This document shows, in pieces, positions 1-12,952 of a DNA stretch of 64,000 bases; position 1 is the first letter of the stretch, and each line of letters begins with the position of its first letter. A model generated the notes under the pieces. That model was not told the DNA's origin. It made no database searches and saw nothing but the letters and a program-made list of their open reading frames with translations. Position numbers and translations under genes: made by a program. The stretch is from Antechinus flavipes (taxonomy: Eukaryota): positions 246,078,001 to 246,142,000 of the forward strand of contig NC_067400.1 in NCBI RefSeq assembly GCF_016432865.1. The letters run 5' to 3'.

Positions 1-1490
1 CCAGATCTCAGATATGTGGAAAAAGAAGAAATTTACGGCCAAAGAAGAACTAAAAATATTATGAAATGCAAAATGGATAATTTTGGCTTAGGAATATCTA
101 TTTGATTGCTGAGTAAAAAGAGGATCTGAATGGACTGAGTCAAGAAGACCTGTTTAGAAGATCTTTTAGAGAGGAGCTGTGTGGGACTTTTCTAAGTGGG
201 AATTTTTATGATTGGAAAGAAGTATTTCAATAAAAATGATATTATGAAGGTAGGGCAAACAATTTTATTTGACCAAAAAGATATTTGCATACATTAAAAG
301 ATCTTGATTGTATGTTTTCACTCCAGAAAGGAGAGGAAAATTTGAGAAAAGAGGTAGGGGGTGTTGATTGAGATGGTATTAGTATAATCTCTTTTAGGAC
401 TTGGGTAAATTTGAGATATCTGTTGGTTATCAAGTTGAAATTAGGGTTGTTGTGCCATTCCCCAACTGATAAATGGTCAAAGGATATGAACAATTTTCAA
501 TCAAAGAAATTAAAACAATTTGTAGTCATGAAAAATGCTCTAAATCACTATTGATTAGAGAAATTCATATTAAGATGATTCTGAGATCCTGCTTCAAACC
601 TCTCAGGTTGGCAAGATAAGAGAAAAAGATAATAATGAATGTTGGAATGGATGTGAGAAAACTTGGACACTAATGCATTACTGATGGAGTTGTGAACTGA
701 TCCAACCATTCTGCAGAGCAATATAGAACTATACCCAAAAAGTTATCAAACTGTGCACACTCTTTGATTCAGCAGTGTCTTTATTGGGTCTGTTTCTCAA
801 AGAGATCATAAAACAGGGAAAAGGACCAACATGGGCAAAAATGTCTGTAGTGCCCTTTTTAAAGTGACAAAGAACTGGAAATTGAGTGATGCCCCTCAGC
901 TGGGGAAAAATTGAATAAGTTACGGTATATAAATATAATGGAATATTATCGTTTTGTAAGAAATGATGAGCAAGCTGATTTCAGAAAAGCCTGGAAAGAC
1001 TTACATGAGCTATGCTAAGTGTAGGGAGCATAACCATAACCAAGAGAACATTGTTCACAGTAACAACAAGATTGTGTACCCATCAACTGTGATGGACATA
1101 GTTCTTTTCAACAATGAGATGATTCAAAACAATTCCAATAGACATGTGATGGAAAGAAACATTCACATCCAGAGAAAGAAAGAGAGAGACCAAATGTGGA
1201 GATAAGCATAGTATTATTATCACTCTGTTGTTGTTGCTTGTTTGTTTGCTTATTTTTTTTCACATATTGTGTTTTTTTTTCTCTTTTGCTATTTTTACAT
1301 AACCTAATGAATATGGAAATATGTTTAGCATAACTGCACATGTTTAATCTATATTGAATTCCTTGCTGTCTAGAGAAGAGGGAACAAAGGAGGAGGAAAA
1401 GAAAAATTTGGAACACAAGTTTTTACAAGGTACATGTTGAAAAGTATCTTTGCATGTATTTGGAAAAATAAAATACTATTTTTTTTTAAA
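1..1490 (+). mobile_element. L1 LINE 3' fragment (end of ORF2, 3'UTR, A-rich tail), interrupted at 86-452 by inverted array spacer DNA
   Basis: L1-type motifs cattccccaactgataaatggtcaaaggatatgaac and gatgagcaagctgatttcagaaaagcctggaaagacttacatga; A-rich tail at about 1466-1492. Confidence 0.85.
86..452 (-). repeat. Inverted copy of array spacer (compare about 12960-13290) embedded in L1
   Basis: Reverse complement contains taaacaggtcttcttgactcag, ctcagcaatcaaatagatattcctaagc and caatcaacaccccctacctc, all matching the spacer. Confidence 0.8.
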
Positions 1491-1996
1491 AAGGGCTTGA
1501 CCACAATCTCAACTTCAATCTAGAATTTGTGTGAACTCTTCTATCACTTGAAACTCAAGAAGTACTACTTTTGAGATACAGGATTATATAGCTAGATGAA
1601 GTATCAGATATAGAGAGAAAAGTGTAATAGAAGGAGGTCAGTGAAGTCTTGGAGAGTCCTGCCATGAAGACTGGATAGGGCATCAGTAACATTAATAATA
1701 TACCTTTGGCAACACTAAAATCATTTCTCATTAGAGGAATGAGATTGTGGCAGAGATTACTCAGAAAAACAGTGAATCAAGAGACAAAAGATAAAAACAA
1801 AATCTTAAATTGCTGGTGGTATTATCCGAGACCAAACAATTGCAAAAATGTGATTTTACATTAGCAATTTGACTAATGGTAATTATGCAATTCTGGCTTG
1901 GGTCTGTCACATTTCCTGATGTAAAGGTGTAGCTGGTGCCATACATACTCACAAAACATACTCTAACAACAATCTACCCAAGTGAATCCTGACATC

Positions 1997-2194
1997 ATGT
2001 GTTACTATGGCAGCTATTATGGGGGCCTGGGCTATGGCTATCGCTCTGGTTATGGCTGTGGATGTGGCTGCTTCCATGGTCTAGGATATGGTTATGGAGG
2101 CTGTGGCTATAGAGGCTGTGGCTATGGAGGCTATGGCTATGGCTGCTATCGTCCATCTTGCTGTGGAAGTTATTATTCTTATGGCTTCTACTGA
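1997..2194 (+). CDS. High Gly/Tyr keratin-associated protein, KRTAP20/19-like, 65 aa (ORF intact, promoter damaged, possibly silent)
   Basis: [30 protein letters not shown]...[19 protein letters not shown] context gacatcATG; AATAAA 2415-2420; TATA box deleted. Termini resemble human KRTAP20-2 as recalled (MCYY...[14 protein letters not shown]); the N-terminal half also resembles KRTAP19. Confidence 0.75.
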   Translation: MCYYGSYYGGLGYGYRSGYGCGCGCFHGLGYGYGGCGYRGCGYGGYGYGCYRPSCCGSYYSYGFY

Positions 2195-2894
2195 ATAATC
2201 CCTTGCTGGACTGTTAAGGAATCCTTACTCATCTTTTCTTTGGGTTAATTCCATGGTCTTGTAAGGACCTCACATTCCTTCTGTACCTGCAGCAGACTTG
2301 TCCTTCTGCTAAATGATATAGACTTTCACCTGTGATGAGGAAAACTCCTCCAACAACAACTCATTCTCAAAAAAATTGGCTCAGCTCATATATTATTGTG
2401 TCTTAAAACTTTCTAATAAACTTGTTTCCCTGGCTTAGCAAAGTTTTGTTTTTGTTTTTTAATGTGGCCTTCTTGACCTCCCTATCCTTGGGTTTCATGA
2501 TCTCTTCAGGAAGAGATTTCAACCTTGACGTATTTATTTGTGTCATTGCAGAACATTTTCCCTCCACTTCATTTTGGCAATGAAGTGAAACCTCTCCCAG
2601 TTTCTGTCAGCAAAGACATTATTTCCATTTCAAATGTCTTTCTCAAATCTGACTTCTGTAGTACTTAAGATTTCATTCTCTAATAATACCAATGGCTCAC
2701 CTTACTGAAGGCATGGTCTTTGTCTACAATAAGTTCCATCCCTTCTCCCACATTCTGTCCATAAAGAGACAGGGTTTTTATCTTCGAAGTTTCAAAAAGT
2801 TCCACATCTTCTTGGTGTCATATTCATAATTCATGATTTCTAGCTCCAAATTATCCCTGATGATTTCAAAATTTTCTTTCTAATCTTAGTCTGG

Positions 2895-3147
2895 AAAGCT
2901 ATGTGAAGTCGTGGGTTGAGTGCTGGAAATGGAGTGAAGAAGACCCATCTTCCTGAGTTCAAATCTGTCCCCATCAAATCTGTCCTAAACAATTTGTGTA
3001 ACCATGGATAAAGCATTTTGTTTGCATCAGTTTCCTTAATTGTATATTGCACTAGAAAAGGTAATGGCAAATGCCATTGTTTTCTTAGCCAAGAATTCCT
3101 CAAAGTAACAACTATTCAGACAACAGAGAAAAATTGTTGAACACCAA
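2895..3147 (+). mobile_element. Decayed MAR1/CORE-type SINE present in each unit
   Basis: gagtgctggaaatggagt...gagttcaaatctgtcc...cagtttcct...gaaaaggtaatggcaaa...gaacaccaa. Confidence 0.6.
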
Positions 3148-6100
3148 AATTCTTGTCTAGCTTTCTTTTTCCACTTTTTTTTCACTTAGAAATCTCAAGA
3201 TCTGTAGCACAGAACAAGTGAACGGCATACCACAAAGACTACAGAAGAGAGTCGCATATAAAGTCTAAAAAATTTCAGCTAACCATGACTCTTCAGTTGA
3301 CCAAATCTCTAGGAGCCAACTGCACATCTTGACCAACTCAAACTATGCCTTTGAACTAATGCTCTCTTCTATATTAGAGCAGTTGATCCACGGTAGCAAG
3401 GATGACCTGTATAACCAGCAAACACTCAACTCTCTAGTCAACTTAAGCACCCAGGAAAAGCGAGCATCTGCTAAACTATTCAGCAGTCTAAGCTATGAAC
3501 TTTATCATATACCTCATGGAGGTTCTTTAGAAGATACCAAAACCTAATCCAACAGCTGGTACATAGGTGGAACTTACTCAATTTTTCTTGATTATAATTC
3601 TGTTTCAGGTAGTTTGGGAAACACTACAAATGCTAATACCTAGGGATTCTTATTTACTTGCTATTGGTTAGTTTCAAATGTCTTTCCTTACAATATATTG
3701 AATATGGGCATTATTGTATATTGAAAAAAAAGCATATAACTTTTTGATTATCTGTTGGATTTTAAAGGAAAATATCCTTAGCAGCCTAAGTCGATTGATT
3801 TCTTCCTAAAAATATCTCCAAACAGTTGTGAGGATAAATTCTATGAAGGTCAATTCCATGGAAATAAATCTTTCAGTAAAAGGGAAATTCTTTCATGTAT
3901 AATCCCTTATTGGGCAGAGAATGTTTTGTTTTCTTTAGTGAAGCCAAAAATCAGTTTAGAGGGAAAGAATATTATCTATGAGTCCCTTTAAAAGTTCTTA
4001 GGGACAAACAGAAGGGGTCTAATATTTATACCTTAAAAGACCTGAGACAAATCCCTGAGTATCCTCCAAATGCAAAAGTCCAAGTTCCTTAAAATGAGTC
4101 TCTTAGGTCTTCATCTAGAGGACATTCTATCTTATGGTCTGGACCCCTCTGGAAGCACTTCAGCTTAGCCAAAGATCACCCATGGGTAACCCAAGAATTT
4201 CTCAGGAGTTGCTCGACCTGAGTCAAAACCTCATTCTCTTCTCCCTGCTACAATTTCTTAGTTGTTGTCTGCTTTATTTGCCTTGGACTCGGTAACATTC
4301 TAATTTTGACATAAAATAAACCAGTTCCAGCTTCAGTTCCAGAGGAGTATTTCTTCTGAGTTCACTAGTTTAATAGGCTAGCAATAGTGTAAATGCATGA
4401 TTCTACCAATCTCATATTGTCAGCACTGCCAGCTGCCTTTTAATTAGATATTGCCTTTAGCATATTTTAGGGAAAAATTCAGAAGTATCTATCTGCTCTT
4501 TTTTTCATTGTCTTTGAAATCCCTGAACATCACATTCCTGACCCTCACTTTCAAGAGAAACTGCTTTCTGCAATTTATCCAGTAATGTTCTCCTGAATAA
4601 ACCTAAAGGCTTCTTCCAACTTTCTTGTTTCTTGATTTTTCTTTGGCTAGTTACTCTTCCTAGATGTGCTTGACCCCACTTTTCCTGTATAACTGTTATT
4701 TCTTATTCTTCTTAATTACTTCATAAATCTGTCATTTCATACAAAATGGATGGTGAAAATCAACTTTCTACCTCTTTTCTTTTTTTCTTTCTCTCTCTAT
4801 TGTCATTTTCTTTCTTTTATGAATGTTCTTTCTAATAATAAGAGAGAAGAACCTCTTTCCATTTCAGAGATTCCAAGCCATTCCTTTGGACACTCACTGA
4901 TACAGGTCCAGATCCATAATACCGTCTCTGGTAAGTTTCAGAGTCACATTATCAATAATCAATATACAAAATTTAAACTTAACAACCAATATATAGGTCA
5001 AATCATCCCAAGTCTAGAACAGATTTCCTCATCTTGCCTTATGCAAAGCCTCCATCTTTTCTCAACTTTTGTCCTCCTCTTGCAAGAGCAACAATATCCA
5101 GCAAAGATTTAATTTTATAGTGTCATGGACATACCTGACCCTGCACTATCAATGCAAATGTCTTTTTAGTTGAATAAATTTGTCTGCCTACTTTTACAAC
5201 ATCAAGGGCATACAAATACCTCTTTTTAATAGCAAGATTTTCACTTAGACAAGGTCCACACAGAACCTCTTCCAAAGAACCTCAGATTGGTTTTCAATCA
5301 TTTGCCTACCAGATCCTCTTTCCACTCAGTTACCTATGGATTTTCCAAAGGCATTCTTCTGACTCCTCCTCCTCACCTAGGACACTGCAGTCTCACAGGC
5401 CCTACACTTATTGTCTTGTAAATTCCAACTATTTTAACTTCTCTGAGGATTTAAGTGGCCTCTATCTGACATTTCATTCTCTTCTGTAGCTGGCCCATTC
5501 CTAAATTGGCAGTCTTCATATCCTTTTTTTCCCCTCCATGTATTTAATAGTCTTACCAGTGTTAGATGGTAATACTCCCTCATTCAGACAATGCTCAACA
5601 TTTGCCTTTTGTTTGTCTTTGCAATGATTGACTGTCCACTGTGCCTAGAATACTCTCCTCTCTCTTACCTTAACCTCTGTCTTGCTCTGGTATATTATAC
5701 TATAAATTTGAAAACTACCAGTGGTATACAGTCTTTCCATTTCCCCAAGTATCCTGTGCTCTGCCTCTGAATTTCTTTCCCATCAACTTTCCATATTTGT
5801 GGCAGGTTCCTTTGTGTTTACATATTTTCACTGGCATCAGGATGTCAGTGCTGCCTGAGAAGAGTGACTCTGTGGACATTTCTTATAACTCTGACCATAA
5901 GCCTAGGTGTGGACACAATGGAAAAACTGGGGAGATCATTTCTGCTTTATCTGCTTTTGGAATAGGTGTGGGGTGGTTGGATTTCATCAAGAGGGAGTTC
6001 ACCCAAATTTCAAATTCAGTCTGAAATTTGAGTAAAATTCAATCTCAAGAAGCACTAATTTAGAAAGGCAGAATTCCATAACTATGACAAAGTATCAGAT

Positions 6101-6349
6101 GGCCAGGGAAGCATGTATAATCAAAAGACAACATTGAGGTCTTGGAGAGGGCTGCTATGTAGGGCTTCAGTCACCTTAACAGCATACTTGTGGCAATGCC
6201 ATAATCATTTCACAATACAGAAATGAGATTGTAAGTAGGGCCTTCACAGGAAATAAATGAACCAAGAAGAAAAAACACAAACAAAACTTTAATTTGCTGA
6301 TGGTATTGTCAGGAACCAAATAATTACAAGAATGTGATTTTACATTGGC

Positions 6350-6430
6350 AATTTGGTTAATGGTAATTATGCAATTCTGGCCTGAGTCTGCCACGTTTCC
6401 TGCTGTAAAGGTATAAATGTTCCTGTGCAG
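6350..6430 (+). promoter_or_regulatory. Representative KRTAP core promoter: TTAATGG element, TTTCCTG (ETS-like) element, TATA box
   Basis: ttggTTAATGG 6352-6363, tttcctg just upstream of TATAAA 6412-6417. The arrangement recurs upstream of nearly every copy. Confidence 0.7.
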
Positions 6431-6495
6431 ATGGTGCTATACATACTTACAGAACCTGCCCTTAACATCCAACCATTCAAGTGAATCCTGACACC

Positions 6496-6693
6496 ATGTG
6501 CTACTATGGCAGCTACTATGGGGGCCTGGGCTATGGCTATGGCTCTGGTTATGGCTGTGGATGTGGCTGCTTCCGTGGCCTAGGCTATGGCTATGGAGGT
6601 TGTGGCTATGGAGGCCTGGGCTATGGAGGCTATGGCTATGGCTGCTGCCGTCCATCTTGCTGTGGAAGATATTATTCTTATGGCTTCTATTGA
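6496..6693 (+). CDS. High Gly/Tyr keratin-associated protein, KRTAP20/19-like, 65 aa
   Basis: [71 protein letters not shown] 6412-6417; gacaccATG; AATAAA 7004-7009. Confidence 0.92.
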   Translation: MCYYGSYYGGLGYGYGSGYGCGCGCFRGLGYGYGGCGYGGLGYGGYGYGCCRPSCCGRYYSYGFY

Positions 6694-7003
6694 AAAACTT
6701 CTTGCTGCTGGGATGTCATGGAATTTTTGCTCCTCTCAGCTTTAGGATAACTCCATGGCCTTTTAAGGACTTCATATTCCATCTGTGTCTACATCTGGGT
6801 GATGTGGAATAGCCACAACAGGGTCTTGGAATGCCCATGGAGCCCTCTAGACATGAAAGTGGTAGAGACCTTTAAGCTTTCAGGACCCATCCTCCTGGCA
6901 AGATGCACACTGTCTCACCTGTTATGAGGGAGATTCCTCCAACAACTTCTTCCCTACAAGTTGGCTCAGCTTTCATACATTATTGTGTCTTTTACAACTT
7001 TCT

Positions 7004-7009
7004 AATAAA
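7004..7009 (+). terminator. Representative polyadenylation signal (AATAAA), conserved in all units
   Basis: ct/gc-AATAAA-cttg context at an equivalent position after each gene, followed by GT/T-rich sequence. Confidence 0.8.
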
Positions 7010-7460
7010 CTTGTTCCCCTACTTAATTAAATTGTCTTTGCCTATTCTGTTTGACCTTCTTGTACTGAGTTTTAGCCTCTCATCATGAAGAGATTTTCAG
7101 CTTTGATGTGTTTATCTGTGTCATAGCAGAAGATTTATTCTCCAATTCAGTTTTGCAATGAACTGATACTTCAAATTTCTATTCAGAAAAGGCATTATTT
7201 CCTTTGCATGCAATATCTTTCTGAAATTTGACTATTGCAATACTACATTTTAGTACCTTATAATATCCTGCTCCACATTCCTTAAGGAATTGTCAGCTCC
7301 ATTCCTTCCCTCATATTCTGCCCACAAATGGACAGGGCTTTTATCTTAAATTCTCAAAAAGATTCACATATTCTTGGTATCATATTCATGTTTTATGCCT
7401 TCCATATCCAAGGTGCCCCTGATGATTTCAGAACTGTCTTCCTAATCACTAATCTTGAAA

Positions 7461-7728
7461 GCTAGGTAAAGCAGGGGATTCAGTAAAACAAACAAACAAA
7501 AAAAAAATCAGAATCAGGAAGACATATCTTCATGTGTTCAAATCTATCCTCACATGTCAAGTAGTTTTTGTAGCAATGGGCAAGTTAATTAACTTTCTTT
7601 GCCTCAGTTTCTCATCAGTATAATAAGATGAAAAAGATAATGGCAAAGTACTATTTTGGGGGCCACAAAATCCTCAATTGGGGTGAAAAAGTTTCAGATC
7701 ACAGTGAAAAATGACTGAACAACAAAAA
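7461..7728 (+). mobile_element. Decayed MAR1/CORE-type SINE (paralog)
   Basis: gggcaagttaattaac...gcctcagtttctcatc...atggcaaa...atgactgaacaacaa tail. Confidence 0.65.
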
Positions 7729-9249
7729 ACCTTTCCTAGCTATCTTTCACCTGATTTCACCAAAAAATCTCAAGCTCTGTAAAACAGAAAAAGTGAATAA
7801 AAGATCACAGTGATCACAGAATAGAGTCATGTATGCAGTTTGAATATTTTCATGGTGCCTTGCACCTTCACTGGGCCCCATCTCTAGTACCTTATGGTAC
7901 ATTCTGTCCAACTCAAAAATGGACCTCAACTTGAGGCTCTCTCCTCAGCAGACCCATGATTACAAGGATATTCTTTATAATCATTAAATACATAAACTCT
8001 CTAGTCAACTTAAACACCCAGAAAAAAAAAAGACCTCTGCTTGACTGTTCAGCAGCCTGGCTACCCCACCTTCACAGGCTAGACTTTCCTCAATATCATA
8101 TACCTCATAGATATTCTTTGGCAGAAAGCAGAGCTTAATACTCCTTCTGATACATATATGGGACTTACTGAATTTTTGTTGATGAAAATTCCATTTCAGT
8201 CAATGAAGAAAATACTAAAATTGCTAATAACAATTGATAATTGTTCTTCTGTTGGCTCTTAGTTTCAAATGAATTTCCATTACTATATATGCTTATAGGC
8301 ATTTTTGTGCATTGAAGAAAAGCATATAAGTTTTTTTTTTAATATCCATTGGATTTTAGGGGGAAAATGCCCTCGGTAGCCTCTGTCTATTGATTTCTTC
8401 CTAAAAAATGCCTCCAAAGGTTGGCCAATACTTGTCAGAAGGCATTCTGTGAAGACCAATATGTGAAGACCAATCCCAAGGTCTTTTCTTCAGTAAAAGG
8501 GAAATTCTCTTGTAGACAACCCTCATTTAGAAAAGACAAAAACTAGATGAAAGGGATATAATGCAATCTCTGAATACATATCATTCTCCTTAGGGACAAA
8601 CAGAAGAGGTCTACTAATTATGTGATGGAATGGCTATTAAAATACCTTAAGAGAGCTGACAAATCTCTGAATATCCTAAAAACCCAAGAGTTTGAGATTC
8701 TTGAAATGAATCACTTAGGTCTTGATCTAGAGGACTTTCTACCATGTGGTCTGAACTGCTCTGTATGTTCTTCAGCTTAGCTACAGACCACTCATGTATT
8801 AAGCAGACTGCTTACACATACATCATCTTGTATCTTCCTGAACTCTAATCCCTTGTATTCCTCTTCATGAAATTTCAAAGTCACAGTAGGATTTCTGAAT
8901 GTTATGTACTTTATCCCTTACAGTGTAGCTGTAGGAGGATGAGAATTTAGAAGAGGTAACATGCATCTGGATGCCTAAGAGATGCACTCATTTTCTTCTT
9001 GACAAGAAAAGAATTTCTGAGGAACTGCTCGACCTGAAAATCAAAACCTTATTTACTTCAATCTACTCCATTTTTTAAGTTGATGAACTCATTTGGCATA
9101 GATTCAGTTACTTTCTAATTTTGACATGAAATAAATCAGTCCAGCTCCAGACCACCAGTTATTCTGAATCCAATCATTCAACAAGCTATCAATAGCTTGA
9201 ATGCATGAACCTCCCAATCTCATATTGCCAGCACTGCCAACAATTCCTA

Positions 9250-10400
9250 TACTTAAATAAATATTGTCTTCTCTATGGTTTGTAAAAACTATTCAAGATC
9301 TCTAACTGATCTCTTTTCTCTTTCTTTGAAAACCCTGACCATCACATTTCTGATCTTCATTTTAAAGAGAACTGTTCTCTGCAAGTTGTCCAGTGATGTT
9401 CTCTTGAATAAAACTAAAGGATTCTTTAAATTTTTCTGCTGTTTGATCATTCTTTGACTTTGACACTGCTGGCCAATTACTCCTCCTGGGTGTCCTTTCC
9501 CTGCTCTTCCTGTCTGATTGTTCTTTCTTGTTCTTCTTAATTAGTTCGCTATCCTAGTCTTTTTTGAAAAATGAATGGTTGAAGCCAAAGTTTCTATCTC
9601 TTTTCTATCTTTTTTCTCGTGTTCTTTGAAAAATAGAGAAAAACACCCTTCCATTCCTAAGTTTCCAAGCCATTTTTTTGGACACTCACTGACATATGTT
9701 AAGATCCATAATGACAACTCTGTTAACATTCAGACTTACATTATCAATAGTCAACACATGTAATTTCAACTTGAAAACCATTACATATTTGAAATCATCC
9801 CAAGTCTAGAACATATTGACTCATCCTGCCTCATGAAATATCTCTTAATTCTTCTCAACTTCTCTCCTCCTTTCAGGAGCAACAAAGCCTAGCAAAGAAA
9901 TTAAGTTTATAGTTTTAGGGACATCCCTGACCTTGTATTATCAATGCAAATATCTTGGTAATGGAATAAACTTATCTGCCTTACCTTCACAACATTACTG
10001 GCATAGACGTATTTCTTTCAAATCACAAAGATTCCCACTTCAACAAAGCCCACACAGTCTCTCTCCAAAGGAGCCTCTGGTTGGTCTCATCTCAGTCCTT
10101 TGCCTACCAAGATCCTCTCTCTACCTACGAATTTTCCATAGCCTTTGTTCAAATTCTTTTTCCCCAAAGACTCTCCAACATCCCAACATTTTTTGTCTTG
10201 TAAACCCCAATTCCTTTTCCTTCTTTAAGGATTGTAAGAGATAGTTTCTATTGGGTTTTTCACCTTTTCCCATAGCAGGTCCATTCCCAAATTGTCAATC
10301 TTAATATCCTTTCTTTCACTCTCCACATTTAATAATCTTGCCAGTGCCAGCCTACCTTCCTTCATTCAGACAATGCATGCTATGTACCTCTATTTACCAT
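9250..10400 (+). mobile_element. Highly decayed L2 LINE ORF2/3' fragment forming the distal spacer (representative)
   Basis: gaactgttctctgcaagttgtccagtgatgttctc...ctttgacactg...cctgtctgattgttctttct matches the recalled L2 RT segment ETALSKVTNDLL...AFDTVDH...YLSDCSF. Confidence 0.6.
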
Positions 10401-10840
10401 TGCAAAGACTGGCTGGTTCATTATATTCTTAGTTTAAAATTGATCTGACACATGGTCTTGAACATTTTCCCTCATATCCAGTGCCTTTGCCTCTGACATC
10501 TTCTCCCATCAACTCTCCATGTTTGTGGCAAATCCCTTGTGTTTAAATGTTCTCTCTGCCTTTAGGACTTTAGAGGTGTCCAAGAAGAGGCATTTAGTAG
10601 ACATTTCACATAAACATAACTATAAGTTTAGGGGCTAGCACCTTGCAAAACCTGGGGAGGTGTCTTTTGCTTTATCTACTCTTGTAATAGGTGTTAACTG
10701 TGTAGATAGATTGCATCTAGACCAACTTCACCACAATCTAAATTCCAACCTGAAATTTCTATGAACTCTTCTCTCACTAGTGTCAAGAAGCACTAATTTA
10801 GAGAGCTAGGATTCCATTGGTGTGATGAAGTATTAAATAG

Positions 10841-11130
10841 TCCCTCCCTGCTTTTGGCTAATTCCATCATCTTTTAGGGACATCACATTCCATCTGTATT
10901 TGCATCAGGGTTGCATGGGAAAGCTACAGAGAGGATCTAGGAATCCTCATGAAACACTCAGATCAGCGAAATTGTAGGGATCAAGAAGCAGCAGGACCCA
11001 TGGTCCTAGGCAATGATGCAGAATCACACTTTCTAAGGAAGACTCCTTCAACAACTCATTTCCAGAAAGTTGGATCAACTCTGATACATGAAGGTTTATT
11101 GTCTGTCAAGACTTTTTAATAAACTTATTT
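10841..11130 (+). pseudogene. KRTAP relic: 3'UTR and polyA signal only (promoter and CDS deleted)
   Basis: Upstream motif gatgaagtattaaatag (10825-10840) is joined directly to 3'UTR sequence tccctccctgcttttggctaattcc (compare 14648). Orphan AATAAA at 11118-11123. Confidence 0.85.
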
Positions 11131-11994
11131 TCCTAGCTTAGCAAAATTGTTGTTATCTGTGCTTCTTGATTTCTTTTTCCTAGGTTCAGTATCTCATCAG
11201 GAAATAATGATGTATTTATCTATCTCATTGTAGAAGATGTGTTCTGCAATTCATTTTTGGCAACGAAGTGATCTGAAAAGACATCATTTCCATGTAAAAT
11301 GTCTTTATAAAAATTAACATCTACGTTATTTACATTTTAATACCCTTATAATTTAAAAACTCAATAATAATGTAATACTTAATAATATCTATACCCACTT
11401 TACAAAAGACACTGCCTTCTATTCATATAAGCTCCATCACTTCCTTGTTCTTCCTCATGGGCTGTGTGACTCTAAGCAAGCTGTTTAACTTCATTTACCT
11501 CAGTTTCTCATCTTATAATGAGCTGGAAAAGATAATAGTGATTGATTTCATCAATTCCATAGATATTCTTTCAGTGAAAGGGAAATTCTCTATGATTGCA
11601 CTCATTAAACAAAGATTATTTTATTTTCATTAGCAAATAAAAAAATCAGTTGCATAGGGGCAGAATGCTTTCTCTAAATCATTGTTATCCTTCTTTTTGA
11701 CAAGCAAAAGGGGTCTATTACATCATGTAGTGTCCAATTACACCTTCTTGTTGTACTCAATTAGTCACCATCTTGTACTTTCATATAAAAAATACTGACT
11801 GAAGCCCAGAGATTTATGTCTTTTGTTTCTTTTAACCATTCTCTCTGGAAAAGTGACAGAGAAAAATGTCCTACTTTTCCAGAATTTCCAAAACATTTCT
11901 TTGATCACTCACTGACCTAGATTCAGATCCATAATGACCTCTATGGTGATGTGGGGTAGTACCCATATTATCAATAGGTAACATACACAATTTA

Positions 11995-12952
11995 CTTTTT
12001 TTATTTTAACGCATTTTATTTTCCCAAATACATGCAAAGAAAGTTTTCAAAATGCACCTTTGCAAAATTTTGTGTTACAAAATTTTCTACCTCTCTCCTC
12101 TCTTTTCCCTTCCCAAGATAGAAAGCAATCTCATATATGTTAAACATGTACAATTCTTCTAAACATAATTTCATACTCATCATGCTGCACAAGAAAGAAC
12201 AGATCAAAAGGAGAAAAAATACAAGAAAGAAAGAAAAAAAAGACAAGCAAACAAACAGTAGCAAAGGTGAAATAGTTTTCTGTCTGGATGCAGATGGCAC
12301 TTCCTATCACAACTCTGTTGAAATTACTTTGAATCATTTCATTGTTGAAGAGAACCAAGTCCATCATACTTGATCATCACATAAGCTTCTTGTTACTATG
12401 TACATGTTTCTCTTGGTTCTTCTCTGTTCACTCAATATCAGTTCATGTAAATCTTTCCAAGCTTTTCTGAAATCAGCCTGTTCATCATTTCTTATAGAAC
12501 AGTAATATTCCATTACAATCATACACCATGACTTTTTTAGCCATTTCCTATCTAATTGGCATCCAATCGATTTCCAGTTGCTTGCCTCTACAGAAAGCAT
12601 TACTATAAACATTTTTGCACATGTGAGATCTTTTATGGTTTCTTTGGCATACACACCCAGTAGAGACAATGCTAGATCAAAGGGTATGTACAGTTTGATA
12701 CCCTTTGTCATAGTTTAAAATTGCTTTCCAGAATGATTGGATCATGTCACAACTTCACCAACAATGTGTTAGTGTCCCAGTTTTCTCACATCCCCTCCAA
12801 AATTGATCATTATCTTTTCCTCTCATCTTAATCAATCTGAGAGGTGTGAAGTAGTACCTCAAAGTTGTCTTAATTTGCATTTCTCTAATCAATATTGATT
12901 TAGGGCATTTTTTATATGACTAGAAATTATTTTAATTTCTTTGATTGAAAAA
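11995..12952 (-). mobile_element. 5'-truncated L1 (ORF2 C-terminus plus 3'UTR)
   Basis: Minus-strand ORF 12364-12711 reads ...MEYYCSIRNDEQADFRKAWKDLHEL... (L1 ORF2 C-terminus). T-rich tail at about 11995; no clear TSD. Confidence 0.9.

Noticed and set aside
1700-1712. ctttggcaac upstream of many genes as a LEF1/TCF site
   Set aside because: Does not fit CTTTG(A/T)(A/T); not supportable from sequence alone.
11986-12945. Apparent TSD aatttacttt / aatttcttt around the minus-strand L1
   Set aside because: The right-hand candidate lies within L1 sequence (it matches the L1 at about 495-512), so it is not a TSD.
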